Assembly (NCBI GenBank): GCA_012295275.1 | Contig: CM022671.1 | Location: 36,022,001-36,086,000, forward strand | Length of the DNA: 64,000 bases | DNA from: Chrysomallon squamiferum | Lineage: Eukaryota > Animalia > Mollusca | Direction of reading: 5' to 3' | In this document: piece after piece, positions 25,492-39,676 of the stretch | Layout: each line of letters starts with the position of its first letter | How positions within the stretch are numbered: position 1 is the stretch's first letter | Notes under the pieces: model-generated | The model's input: only the letters and a program-made list of their open reading frames with translations | Database searches by the model: none | Told to the model about the DNA's origin: nothing | Translations under genes and position numbers: made by a program

Positions 25492-26536
25492 GAATCTTCA
25501 ACTGACATGGTATTTTAAAAAGAATGCTTTAAGTTAAGTTACATCTAATTTAAAATTTCATCCGCTGGCTGGCGTTGAATTGCAGCTGGCGATGATGTCA
25601 GCGATGTCGTAGTTTTCTAAAATATCTGTTTGAAACAAAGTTTAATAAGGACAGATGAAGATTCAGTGATGTCTGACGGCGAGCTGTGCTGTGTTTTTGT
25701 GATTTCAGATCTCGGGGACTGGAATCAACTGCAGTAACAAGAAGAGAAATGGAATAAAAACGTTTCGTTAAAGCTTTTGCCTTTCTGGCTTCTGCCTATT
25801 TCTGACTCTCATCGCCAGAGGGAGACTCTGTAGTTACACAGTTTATTTATACAGCACAAACACACACACTGACTAGAGGTAACTAGCTCGTTCTTCTTGG
25901 CTTTGATATGTAATAATAATAATAAAAATAATAATAAAGATTTATGCTCTGTTGAAATCACTGAGATCTGAAAATTAATTGGTTTTAGTTTAGCTTAAAG
26001 AAAAACCAAAATAAACTGTTAGACAGTCGTAAAATTTTTTTGTTTTTCGAATGAACGACTATTGTCAACGCCTACGCAGTAAGACAGAAGCGGTTGTCAC
26101 CAAACAGTGTTATTTTAATTAGTTAGTTTTACTTCTGCTTCAACCCAACAAATAGCAAAATATATTGAGATATTTCAAACAAAAGTACTGGTTTAGGAAA
26201 ATGTTACAGCTGGATAACAAATAATTTCAGCAAGTAATGAACAAATCAGAAAAATAATCAAATATACCTCTAATGCAATAAAATGTACCTCTGTATGGAA
26301 CGAAAATTTTACATTCAACAAATACTGCTGTAAAATGTAGTCGTTTATTAATAGACACGTAAATTATACATACACACACACACATACACATACATACATA
26401 CATACATACATTCATACACACATACATACATACATACATTTATACATACATAATACATATATACATACATACATACATACATACACACATACATATATAC
26501 ATACATACATACATACATATTTATTTATATATATAT

Positions 26537-27520
26537 GGGTCATTCCGTGTCAAATCACCCAATGGTTTAAACCCGACCGTCTCAGATTTTTATGAAACTT
26601 GGTATACTTGTTGACTGGGATCCCACAGCACCAAATCTGAAATGTTAGCCCAATCAGACCAGTGGTGTGGGAGATACGGCCCACGGAATTTTGAGATTTT
26701 TGCCAAAAATGGGTGTGACCACCAACCTTAGAACCCTCATATCTCAGGAACTACTGGGCCAATCTTCATAAAATTGGTATTGTTAGAAAGGCAAAATGAC
26801 AAGGATTCCAAATCTGCCATTTTTGTTTAGTTTGGAAAATACTGGAGTACCTTGACCTTTTGACCTTTGCTATGACCTTGAAATTGACCGTGTGGATCAC
26901 GTGATCTTGAGATGACCTTTATTGAAATTTAATCTCCCACATGTTAACTAAAACATATAAAAGTTTCCTGGGTGTAATATTTTTTGTTTAGCCACAATAT
27001 AGATTTAAAAAATGCACATACATGAAAATAACACCTTTTCAGCCATAAACATCTGATTGACTAAAACCTGAATGATCAATTCTGGATTCTAGGAATCACC
27101 ATCTCTCTTGATCATCGAGTAAGACATTGTAGGCCTACATGTATGCATAAAGTTCACATATAAAAGTTTCCTGGGTATAATATTTTTTGTTTAGCCATAA
27201 TAGAGATTTAAAAAAATGCATACCTGCATGGATGCTTAATACAATGCATTACAATGTACATTTTCTCCGAGACTAAAAACTCATCTTTGGAGTTAAAACC
27301 CACCTGACATGTCTGAAGGAATGCCTGAAGGATATGAAAAGATGCCAAATGGCATGTCATGTTCTACACAATCAGGCTCAAAGGATTAACAGGAAGTGAT
27401 TCTTCAGGCAGGTCAGGAACTCCTTTAGATTCCCTGGTGCAATCCCCATTGAGCACATGGCAATTAGAAGTTTAAGACAAAGAAGTTTCTTCATCTGCAT
27501 TTCTTTGACAATCTGAAGCT
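26537..27520. mobile_element. Truncated DNA-transposon-like insertion in a (TA)n tract
   Basis: Abrupt start GGGTCATTCCGTGTCAAATC after (TA)n and (TA)n at the other end; subterminal-type motifs (TTTATGAAACTTGGTAT, ATCTCAGGAACTACTGGGCCAATCTTCATAAAATTGGTAT); internal ~60-bp direct repeat (~26955 and ~27157); composition differs from flanks. No matching right TIR or transposase ORF seen. Confidence 0.6.
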
Positions 27521-28035
27521 TATATATATATATATATATATATATATTACCACTATAAAGAATCTATCCTCCGTCCTCTAGCAGCTCACTCCCTGAAACG
27601 AAACCATTCTAAATTCTCAGTGTAATGAGATTCACGGTAGGAAATCTGTAAGACAGTTATTTGTTTTACCCAGCTAATACGAAGCGTGTGGATTACTGTA
27701 AATTTAATTTCCGCTTTTCCGACAAAACCTCAACAAAGACAGACAGACTCGCCATTAATATTTTATCTGTCAATTACACAAACTCCTCTCTCCAAATAAA
27801 CCTGCAGTTTTCTGAAATTTAGTAACCTCCACCTGAAAACATTTTCGCTTCTTTTCAAAGATAAACATTTATCGTCGGCGCCATTTTGAAAATGTGACGT
27901 AACTAAACGGAATAAGTCATTCGTTCCGCTGAAAGTATGAGTAAAGACCAAATTAAACATTTACCGGTTTGGTTAGAAATATAGAAAATTTGTGATATGC
28001 ATGACTACATATAATAATAATAATAATAACTGGTA

Positions 28036-28098
<63 letters not shown>

Positions 28099-28889
28099 TT
28101 GTTTATGTTTAGAGTAGTAAAAGTCACTACCATTTAAATACATCAAGTTCAGAAGTAAATCTACAGTTTAACCGATATTTTTAGCTCCTCGCCCACTCTC
28201 AGGAAATATAATTTAAATTTATCAGTGATTTGTGTTTCAAAAGAAACATAAAACAAAGAAATACATTAACCAAAACAAAGGAAAGGAAAAAGAAGAAAGA
28301 AAAAGAAAATAATTAAAAGTGTTTAAAGATAGAAAAAAAAACATCTTCGGAATTTTTTATTTATTTTATTTATATGTATTTTTCTTTTGTCAGGGCTAAC
28401 CAAGAAATAAATCATTAAAAGCAGAAAATAGAATACGATAAGGAAGAAAAGTAATTTGAGGATAACAGTTAAATTCGTTATCATCAAGTTCAAACGAGTT
28501 AAGACGAAATATCTGGAATAGTTTTGAGAATTTTAACTTTCTGTACGTAAGAATCAAACTGAAAGTTAAAAATGGAGTAAGAAAAAGAGAAAATGTCGCG
28601 ATTTGCTTGTAGCACCTACTTGAGTTGAAATCTAAAGATTCGTATTTTTATTTTTTAGCGTTTTGTATTTTTGGGTATTTCAAAGGTATAACTTTGTGAA
28701 ATAATAAAAAATAATAAATTATACCTTAGAAGTATTATATGATATTTATTTATTTATTTATTAGTTTGTTTGTTTGTTTGTTTGTTTGTTTATATTTATT
28801 TATTTATATATTTATTAATATTATTTATTTTATTTGTTTATTTATATATTTATTTATTTATTTATTTTTATTTATTTATTTATTTATTT

Positions 28890-28928
<39 letters not shown>

Positions 28929-29738
28929 TTTTATTTAGTTAGTTACTTATTTATTTGTTTATTGTGTCCTCCAAATGACTATCACAAACGATCAGTTATT
29001 TGCACTTTCACACACACACATCCACAATGGAGCACTGACTAGAACGTGAATTATCCGAGCAGGAGCAACCCCCAGTACTAATTGTGCGACTCTGTAATCG
29101 CGCTGACCACTCAACTGAAGTCAGCCGTCTGTCTCTGTTAGTGACGAGATTAACGAGAATGACGTCATCTTCTCGCCCACACTGTCAGTCTCGCGCCTCC
29201 CCGAGATTTACGTCTATGTCCGGTCAGACAGCAATACGTCACGCTTCAGTGACTCCGCTGATTATTAAATGGAACACGGCCTATTGCCTAGATAAGAATG
29301 ACAGCCGATAGAGGGCGCTGCTAGCTTTTAATTCCTACCACGTCATCTTGTACGACATTTGATATTAAATAATTTCAAGGAAGACAGATTACTGTAAAAT
29401 AACAAAAACGTTATTTCATAGGTGCTGATTTTGTAGTCAATCACTTGTAGAGATCGTATTTCTGGTGACCCGCTATTTTAATTAGTGACTGTATTAACTA
29501 GTGACTTATTTGTTATTTTCATAACTATGAACAAAAAAAACGTTATGTTTTTGACTCAAAAATCAGAATAAAAGACATTTTAAGATTGTGTAAATTTATT
29601 AAATTTCAATTAATCTGGTGAACAAAACGATACTATTAACATAATTACATATACATATACGCATGGACAGACAGATAGACAGATAGAGATAGACAGATAG
29701 AGATAGACAGAGATAGACAGATAGAGATAGACATATAG

Positions 29739-29816
<78 letters not shown>

Positions 29817-30285
29817 GCAGACAGACAGACTGAAAGGTAGGAAGGTAGATGGATAGATTGATAGACAGACAGATAGGTACATACGTGTGTGTGCGTGTGC
29901 GTGTAGTTAGCTGTGTCTAAAATGTGTTTGTCTAGTTTGCAATTTGCGACTAGTATATTCATTATTCAGAATCGAATATTCATCAACGTCTTATAATGAA
30001 AGGCCACGTACAGAGTTCATTGTTGACTGACATAAGAACATTTATTACTGGAATTTGTTTGTCAGTATTTCAACACATTTTAGAATGAACGGCAATCATA
30101 CGTCAATCATGTACCTCTTCGTTTACGATAATTCGAGAGAAAACTGCATCCTTCAATCAAAGCATTGTTTCTGTCGATTAGTAGCAATATGTATATTTTC
30201 CTTGAACAGAAAAAAAAAAAAACAACAACAACCAAAAACATAATAAGATCTGTGGTTGAGTGACTGGAAAATAAAAAGAAGTGAG

Positions 30286-30318
<33 letters not shown>

Positions 30319-30338
30319 TTTAACACTCTAACCCCCAA

Positions 30339-30400
30339 GGCTGGTAGCGATCCTGGGTCTGTCGCGTGTCAGGTGTGAATTTTGCCACTAGACTACCGGC
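30339..30400 (-). mobile_element. tRNA(Val/Asp)-derived pseudo-tRNA or SINE head
   Basis: Minus strand: TAGTCTAGTGG (A box), CCTGACACGCG (Val/Asp-like anticodon arm), GGATCGCTACC (degenerate B box); acceptor stem not intact. Confidence 0.5.
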
Positions 30401-31453
30401 CTTGACAAAAAGATGATGTAGCAGAACTGTGAGAAGATGGTTAATAATTTACAGAGTACATGACGTGGCCAGGAAATCCAATTAACAGAGAACGTGTGAG
30501 TGTGTAATTCTCAATGAAAAGGAAATATAATTAACATCTGTGAAGAGATAATTTTTATATCACTCGTTTCTATATCAGTCTGTGGTGTTTATTTTATTTT
30601 TGTTTCTTATTGCGGTTTGGGACAGAAAAACAGGCTTCAAAGTTTTACTTGTTTTTGTTTTCGATTACTCATTTCTTTATTCGTTATGAAATTATGAAAT
30701 TTTACTGAAGTTTAAAAACAAGTTCATAATATAAACAAAATAATTATATGGTATTTCAAACATTTAAAAATAAATAAATATATTAAAATTAAAATAAATA
30801 AATAATTAAAATAAAATAAAATAAAATAAAATAAAATAAATAAATAAATAAATAAAATAAAATAAAATAAAATAAAATAAATAAATAAATTAAAATAAAT
30901 AAATAATTAAAAATAAAATAAAATAAAATAAATAAATAACAACTTTATAAAACAAATGTTAAATGTTTATTAAAGTCAGCTTTAGCTATTTAATATTTGA
31001 ACAAAATAAATAAATAAATAAATAAAATAAAATAAAATAAAATAAAATAAAATAAAATACTAATAAATAATAGCAGTTAAAGAGAAAAAAAAAAGAAAGA
31101 AAGAAAAAGGAGCAACACAAACGTGTTCCTGACTGGAAATAAAATTAATTTTCATTTTAATCTAAGAAATTTCATTCTGTGGCTGATTCAGGCCATGAAG
31201 AGAAAACAGGAGCCAATCAAACATTTCTGAAAAAAAATCTCCATCTTTCCTGTGAGCTTAATTACAAGGAACAAAAACAGGGGTGCCGAGGGGAGGGGCA
31301 GCACCCCCCTGTAAGACAGAGAGAGTGACGCTGACACACAAACACGTTTTTACATGGAATCGTTCAACATCAACTGTGAAGACGTCTTTTGTTATTTATC
31401 CAATTTCCGCTGGGAAATTAGATTATTTTCTTATTATTCTTTCACGTTAGAGG

Positions 31454-31500
<47 letters not shown>

Positions 31501-31725
31501 GAAAACCCGGAATATCTTTTTTCTCTTCGACTTATTATTTTAGTTTTATTATAAACTTTTTAAACGTGTTTTAATGTTTCATCCTGCATAATCAGGATAA
31601 TGTTTCATACAGGTAATTTCAGCTGTGATGACCTAATTTACTGAAATTAATGTTGATTAAACGTTATTATCTTCTCTCGCTCTTTGTCTTTCTCTTTCCT
31701 TCTGGCTCGTTCTCTGTCTCTGTTT

Positions 31726-31800
<75 letters not shown>

Positions 31801-32765
31801 TTTGAAACTATCAAGCTATGTATCGGTTTGTATATCTTTCTGCCTCTCTAACATCCCATCAGTCAATTCCCTCATCCATTTGTGAAACATAATTAAACAT
31901 ACATCTCTGAATAATTACATTACACAATCAGGCGATCTGGAACTGACTCCAGTATGTCTACGTACCAGTTTTCCCAATCTAACCAGACAAAATTTCTGAC
32001 TTATCAAGTCAGTAATTAGATAGTCCACTTACGAAATCCCTCAGTCGGTAACATTATCTCCTAGCAGAACTGTTTTTAATATTTCAGCTGTAGAACTAAT
32101 TTACGACTCGTTCACGACCGAATGTCTGGAGAGCAATTAAATGTAATTAGATTTATAGTCCAACAGCGGCTCATTCAAATATTTATACTCTGTAGAATGT
32201 AAGTTCGACATCTTTCAATAAATTCAGATGTTTTTATTAAGAATTTTTATAACTTAAGAAATGCTTTGAATAATATAATTATACGCACAACGCACGTAGC
32301 TTACGAACATACGCACTACATACACACACTCAAACATACATAAACAAACGCAAACAGCAAGAAGAAGAACAGCATTCAATCATCATCATCATCATCACCA
32401 CCACCAAAACATTAATTGTTCTGTTAAACGTCAATGAATAAAAACGCCTGTTATGAAAAACTGACCTCTACAAATGTTTACATTTCATATCAACCACATT
32501 TTTTTTTTTTTTTTTTTTTTTTATTTGGTTGTTTTATTACTATAAAAATCCGGTCATTTAATAACGTTAACACCGGTGACGTACGAGTTTCTGCGTTAAT
32601 AAATTCCTACACTGTGGTGCGCCATTGACCGATATCCCCATCCCTCGATAAAATAGCTACATGTCTGAATATAGAAACTCTAATTCAAATACATTATGTA
32701 CAAAACACATATATATCATTTAAACAAAGCATGGGTTTGATATATTCTAAATAGATAAAGGTAAT

Positions 32766-32817
<52 letters not shown>

Positions 32818-32882
32818 GAAGACCTCCCCCAAAATACATAGACAGTAGTTGCAGCATCAGCTTTGGCTGTAATATGAGTAGC

Positions 32883-32933
<51 letters not shown>

Positions 32934-33664
32934 AGCAGCAGCAGTGGTAGTAGTAGTAGTAGTAACAAGATAAGTAAAAGTTGTTGTTGGAGTAATATTA
33001 ATAGTATTAGTAGAAGTAGTTGAGGTAGTAGTAGTAGTAGCAGTTCTAGTACAGGCAGTAGTAGTAGTAATAATAGTAGCAGCAGCAGTAGCAGTAACGT
33101 TTGTGGATGAGGTAGTAGTAATAGCAGACGAACAAGAAGAAGAAGTAAGATGTAGCGGACGTAGTAGAAATAATAATATTAGTAGTAGTGGTAGTGGTAG
33201 TGGTAGTAATATTTTTACTGCTTGCAGTTATTAGTACAAATAAAATTTAAAATCTTAATCATTATTATTAATTTTATTTTATTTCACTTCATTTTTTCAT
33301 TAAGTCGTTTTACTAATGCAAGGGAGATAATCAGTATAATAAAACAGCAAATTAGCGGTACACCAGTTGTCTTCCCTATTCTGTGATTCTTGTTAAGCGA
33401 TAAAAATTTGGTATTTTTACAGTTCCCCGGTTGAAGTTGAATTATGTAACGTTTTGCGACTGGCTTCAACTCAGCTAAAAATCTGTATGAACGTAAGACA
33501 GATTTGTATTTGTTTTAAAGAGAAGTGAATCTTTTTTTTTTCTTCTTTTTTTTTCTTTTTTTTTAAAAATAATACTAATATTCTTCTTTATAGAACTTTA
33601 CTCTTTCACCTTATTTTATAATATCACTGGCGGAAGCTTTACAGGTTTAAAATTGTCTCGTTTT

Positions 33665-33769
<105 letters not shown>

Positions 33770-34602
33770 ACTCATAAACACAGCAATACATGTTTATAGG
33801 TGTAACCTTAGTGCACTGTAAATTACCTATACATCGGGGCCTGCTACTAGCAGTATTTATATTTCATTTTCTGATCAATGATGATTCCACATAAGTATAC
33901 TCGAGACGAAATCAGAATATTTGTACTGACGTGTGTATGAAATGAAGTGTTGTATTTGAACTGCAGTATTTAGACTGATTACATCGTCACCTTTCGCATT
34001 TCAACGTTACGTCATCCTTCGTGACATAATTACAGTGTAATTAGTGACCTACGTGAAGGAATACAGAGAGACAACAACAATGAAACACAGTAAGAACACA
34101 AAATCTTTCAGTATTTGCCCTGCCAGTAATATATTTAAATGTGTATACAAACTTACACTGTTGTATTATGTGTACGAGAGAGGAAGGCTGATGTCACTGT
34201 ATTTTTAACGGTAGTCGTAAAACAGTTCGAGCTGAAGTAGCGGGAGGGACGGATCCTCGGAGTAATTGCGTCTGAGAAGAATGTCGTGACGTAAACAAAC
34301 ACGTGATTTTAATTACTGTTGGGTGTTTGCGCTCACGTAAATGTTTCTGGTTAAACGTAACACGAGAAGTGACATGTTACAGACTGATGTGACATTTTTA
34401 GAGGTGCGCCGTCTTAATTATGAGGAAATTAAGGTAAACTGAAGAAAGTTTCAAAACTAGCTCAGAATTCTCTGATGTCTATCAGAAAGGGGAAAAAAAA
34501 ATAAAAAATAAAAAATAAAAATGATGATGGTTATAAAAACCAAAAACAACAACAACAACAAGCAGCAGCAGCAATAACAACAACTACAACAACAACAACA
34601 AC

Positions 34603-34636
<34 letters not shown>

Positions 34637-35778
34637 TGATAATAGAATTTTGTTATAAAATCGTGTTGACAGCACGTAACTGTTAATCTCCGAATCTCGC
34701 TCTCTGCAAATAATGACACGTAACCTACGCGACCTCGGAACAAGTAAGTTTTAAATGCCATGGACAACTAAAGCGTACTCGAAATGCAATGAACAAGCTC
34801 GACACGATTAATAGTTACACAAAGCTCTGGTCGTACCCGCTTTCACAAAGCCGTGTAGTTCTCAAGGGTGTAATCCATTCATGCAGTCAGCGTGCATAAA
34901 CTCTGCATTATCGCCCAATATCAAAACCCGCCGCAGTCGAAAACCACAATACACAAAGTTCCTAACGGTCGAGTCAGAATCGTGCTGGAAAAGCACTAAG
35001 TATGTAACTACAAGAAAAATAATTTGCTGTGTAAAATGCACGCGGTGGTGAAGAGATTATTTTCTATGATGTGCTTTTCGGCTCGGAATGCCTTGGGTGT
35101 ATGACAATTAAACGCGGTTAACTTGGTGCTTTCCATTCAGCAGTGTTTGTCGTTTCGTGGACACATGCCAGCCTTTTCGGTATAACTTGTTTTCAAAGCG
35201 CTGTCTGTAGGAAAACTCGCCCGTGTTTTATTGTGACAAGAAATAAAAGAAAAAGAAAGAAAAAAAAAAGGTCTTCTTTAGCCGAAACGTCAGGTGTGTG
35301 TAAACAAATCATCCTCACAGAGAAAGGAACAATTGAGGAAAGTTGTAGAATTTTCTGTACACGTCTAAAAGCGAGTGTGCAGCTTTGGAACCTACGTGAT
35401 CTGTGCCCTGTATGACTGAGGTGTTCGGGTGAGCGAAGCAAAGACGTTCAGAGGTTGTGACTCGTCTGAGGACTAGAGCACGTTAGTTAAAATAAAAAGA
35501 ATTACGACTTAAACTGGACTGTATGGAGTCCGCACTCGGTGAAGTAATGCGACTGCAAAACAGAAAACTGTGGAAGGTTTGGCAAAATATGTGTGTTTTC
35601 AGATTACCTGGACATTTGAAATATTTCAGTATGCAATGAATTTTATTTCACCTTATACTGTCTGAACGTGACTCGTGAAAGTTAAGAAGAACATTTTGAT
35701 TTGTACGTAAAAAGAAAAACTGTTTTAGAGAAGACAAAGGAACATTATAAAACTAACGCACGTTACAAACAGTTCAAA

Positions 35779-37251
35779 ATGCACTTCATATCTAACGCTC
35801 CTGTCGACAACCGTCCCTACAACCACCAGAACTACCTGAAACCTGACGAGTTCCACAGCTACTCGCCCAACGTCAGCCGCCGCAACTCCACCATCAGCGC
35901 CATCTTCCACCACACTCACAACGAGGACGTCTACCTGAACGAATTCCACCACCACAACAACAACAACTTCGACGAGGCGCTGCAGCACTTGATGGCCGAC
36001 GCGGGGACGGACGGGAAGAGCGGAGAGTACGGCCACTGCCACGGCGAGCAGCTAGACGAGGACCACGACTGCGTCACGGAGCAGTGTCACAGAGTCACCA
36101 TCAACGTGAGCGGACTCAAGTTCCAGACTCAGCTGAGGACGCTGAATCGCCTGCCGAACACTCTGCTGGGAGACCCGGAGAAGCGGGAGAAGTACTGGGA
36201 CGAGGAGCGGGAGGAGTTCTTCTTCGACCGCCACAGACCCACGTTCCAGGCCGTTCTGTACTACTACCAGAGCGGAGGACGTCTGAAGCGTCCGCTCGAG
36301 GTCCCCCTCGACATCTTCATCAACGAGCTGCACTTCTACGAGATCAGCAACAACGCCATCGAGGAGTTCAAGCGGGCCGAGGGCTGCCTCATGGAACACG
36401 ACGACCCCGTCCTGAAACCGACAAACGAACTTCAGCTCAAGCTGTTCGAGATGATGGAGTATCCCGAGAGTTCCGTCTGGGCCAAGATCGTCGCCATTCT
36501 GTCCGTCGCGTTCATCCTCGTGTCCGTGACGACGTTCTGCGTGGAGACTCTGCCTCACTTCAGAAACAAAGACTGCGTGAACAAGACGGTGACCGTGAAC
36601 GGGACGAGGAGAGTGATTCGTGTGCCCAACTATATGGAGCCGCTGTTCATCACCGAGTCTTGCTGCATCGGCTGGTTCGTCATCGAGATGTTCCTTCGCT
36701 TCGCCGTGTGCCCGTCGAAGAAAATCTTTCTGAAAAATCTCATCAATTGGATCGACGTGATTGCTATAGTTCCTTATTTCATCTTCCTCTCCATAACCCT
36801 CGTCACTGGGGTGTGCAGCACGAGTACCAAGACCGGGGGGCTGTCAGTACTGCGCGTGCTCAGAGTCGTGAGAATCCTCAAGCTGAGCAAGCATTCTGAG
36901 GGTTTGAAGATCCTGGGAAAGACTCTGAAGACGAGCATTCGCGAGCTCACCATGTTTCTCATGTTTCTGGGAATCGCCACTGTCATGTTCTCGGGAGCTG
37001 TCTACTACGCAGAGTCGGCGCAACAAACCGGACAGTTCTCCAGCATTCCAGACACGTTCTGGTGGGCCATTGTTTCTATGACAACGGTGGGTTACGGTGA
37101 CTACGTGCCTACTGGAGCTATTGGCAAGTGTCTGGGTGGTATGTGCGTGCTGTCTGGAGTGCTGGCCATCGCCCTCCCTGTCCCCGTCATTGTAGCCAAC
37201 TTCAACAACTACTACCGTCAGTACACTGGCCGAGGCTATGGCTCTATCTGA
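35779..37251 (+). CDS. KCNA: Shaker/Kv1-family voltage-gated K+ channel alpha subunit (Kv-B), intronless, 490 aa
   Basis: Uninterrupted ORF; first ATG at 35779 (AAA-ATG). Kv1 T1 (VTINVSGLKFQTQLRTL...YYQSGGRLKRPLEVPLDIF) lacking the Kv2/3/4 HX5CX20CC motif; S1-S6; NKT/NGT sequons in the S1-S2 loop; TTVGYGD; LPVPVIVANF. Confidence 0.96.
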   Translation: MHFISNAPVDNRPYNHQNYLKPDEFHSYSPNVSRRNSTISAIFHHTHNEDVYLNEFHHHNNNNFDEALQHLMADAGTDGKSGEYGHCHGEQLDEDHDCVTEQCHRVTINVSGLKFQTQLRTLNRLPNTLLGDPEKREKYWDEEREEFFFDRHRPTFQAVLYYYQSGGRLKRPLEVPLDIFINELHFYEISNNAIEEFKRAEGCLMEHDDPVLKPTNELQLKLFEMMEYPESSVWAKIVAILSVAFILVSVTTFCVETLPHFRNKDCVNKTVTVNGTRRVIRVPNYMEPLFITESCCIGWFVIEMFLRFAVCPSKKIFLKNLINWIDVIAIVPYFIFLSITLVTGVCSTSTKTGGLSVLRVLRVVRILKLSKHSEGLKILGKTLKTSIRELTMFLMFLGIATVMFSGAVYYAESAQQTGQFSSIPDTFWWAIVSMTTVGYGDYVPTGAIGKCLGGMCVLSGVLAIALPVPVIVANFNNYYRQYTGRGYGSI

Positions 37252-37253
37252 CA

Positions 37254-37455
37254 CCGTCTGGATCTCAGTGAATACCATGTGGATCTTAAAGAAAACTGTC
37301 TGGATCTCAGTGATTACTGTTTAGATTTCATTGAATATTTTCTGGATCCGAGCTGATCCTCACTGGATCTTAGAGAATACTGTCCGGATCTTAGTGAAAC
37401 ATTGTCTGGATGTTAGTTAAATACTGTCCGGATCGTAGTGGATATTGTCCAGATC
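37254..37455 (+). repeat. Degenerate ~21-bp tandem repeat (CTGTCTGGATCTTAGTGAATA-like), ~10 copies, in the Kv-B 3' UTR
   Basis: Recurrent TGTCYGGATC cores starting a few nt after the stop codon. Confidence 0.8.
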
Positions 37456-37941
37456 TGTTTATTCACTATAGTTAAACATATAGCTCTATCTGCCAAGTTC
37501 AGTGACAGTTAATATCATTATATGACATGACGTAATAGTGCCTTGCTATCACATTTTGTTTGGATGTTATCAGGTTTCATTCAAATAATGTCTGGATACT
37601 TTATCATTGTGTCTGGATTCGGTTAATATTAACTGTGCCTCGCCTGAAATACTCAGTTTTATATTAAACACTACAGTATTGTTGAAATAATTTACAACAA
37701 CTCTTCTTTTATGACTCAGTGACGACTCTGTTACAAAAACAGCCACTACTACTACAACATGCATTACGTCTCTGCGTGAGATGTCTGTGATAATGTTCTG
37801 TGAGATATGTTCTGGAAAAAAACAAAACATTTCGTTAATTTAGTCTCGCAGCATGAGATGTAAACTATACAGTAAATCAACTACACGAGCTGGTTTACTT
37901 CATATAATATATTTTTATATTATTTATTATTATCGTTATTA

Positions 37942-37995
<54 letters not shown>

Positions 37996-38626
37996 TATTA
38001 TTATTGTTATAGCTAAAATAGTTTATTTTAGACATTCATTCCGTAATTTTAGTTCATCATTTTTTTATTCCATCAATCCGTTATTTTATCTGTTCATCAT
38101 TTCTATATATACATCAATTTGTTCATGTCTGTTTATCTGTCTATCTATCTATCTATCTATCTGTCTGTCTGTCTGTCTATCTATCTATCCATTCATCTAT
38201 CCATATATACTTCTATCTATCTGTCTCTCTGTCTGTCTGTCTATAATATCTGACTGTCTATTTCCCTATGTTTTTTTTTTCATTAGATAATGTTGAAATG
38301 GAGTTACAGAATACACGTGTATAATAAAAACATGTCAGAAATAGATATCTCACTTTGTCTTGGCGTACAGAATATCACCACGTTTATTTATCTTTATTCT
38401 CGATGTATTCACCTCCCTAGTAAACAAAATTAGGCATTAACATTAATCACTGTATTAAGTTATTATTTTTGCGAGCTGTATATTATAGTTTCCTCTCCCA
38501 AGCGAAATGTAGGCTGTAATTTATTACAGGAGAGCGTATGTGCCATTTGTTAATTATAAAATAAATACACAAAATGAAATAAAATAAAATAAAATAAAAT
38601 AAAATAATTGCACATTTGGAATCCCA

Positions 38627-38728
<102 letters not shown>

Positions 38729-39564
38729 ATATGGTAGTTATGGGTTTCCATAATTTCTACATCGACAGTAATTCCTGCTATTAAGTTTTGGAAGCTGTCT
38801 TTTAAATGTCAGTGCAGCGACCTATTTCCGCTTTTATAAAAATAACAGCACGTTTGTAGGTGACCTGTTTATTTCTGTTGTGTTTATCATGTTGTTTCTA
38901 AGTGGGAAGTAAAAACAAAACAACTGCTGTCGCTGTCAGAGTGCGGGTAGGAGGTTAGAGACGTCGTTGTCGTTTTAAATAAGATTTCAGTTCGCTTGTT
39001 TCCTGCAGGGGGAGCTAACTCGCAGTCTAACAAATACTGACTGTGTTACGTGATTTTTGCTGTTTACTGGACTGAAAACGTAAAAGATAATGTTCTGCTA
39101 AGCAACAACGTTCTTTGACTTTGTCTCTCGTTGCAGACAAAGAAGTGACGTCTATTAACTACTACTGTTCCTACTGCTGATTTTACTACTTCAAATGTTC
39201 TACTGCTACTCCTACTCCTCGTAGTTTAACGACATCTACTACTGCGACCACAATCACTACTACTATCACTTCTACGGATTTTACTACAACTATTAGACAT
39301 TCACTACTACCACTACTGCTGTTACTATAACTACGTCTACTACTTTTACTATAACAACATCTACTTCTTCAATATCTTCAATATTTACTGTTACTACTGA
39401 AGTTAACATTACTAGAAGACTATACTATAATTACCACTACTTATTGTAACTTTAATATGAAAACTAGCAAAACCATTACTAACTTTACTATTAAAACTAG
39501 CAAAACTTACCATCTCCGTTATCATCATCACCATCATCGTCATCATCATCATAATCATCACTGA

Positions 39565-39676
<112 letters not shown>

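Noticed and set aside
30339-30400. Functional tRNA gene
   Set aside because: Acceptor stem and T-loop consensus are broken; treated as a tRNA-derived remnant.
35701-35778. 26-codon extension of Kv-B from a TTG start
   Set aside because: Non-ATG start and UTR-like composition; the ATG at 35779 has good context.
35725-37278. Long antisense and shifted ORFs over Kv-B (and likewise over Kv-A, 13945-15394)
   Set aside because: Expected by-product of GC-rich third codon positions; no recognisable domains.
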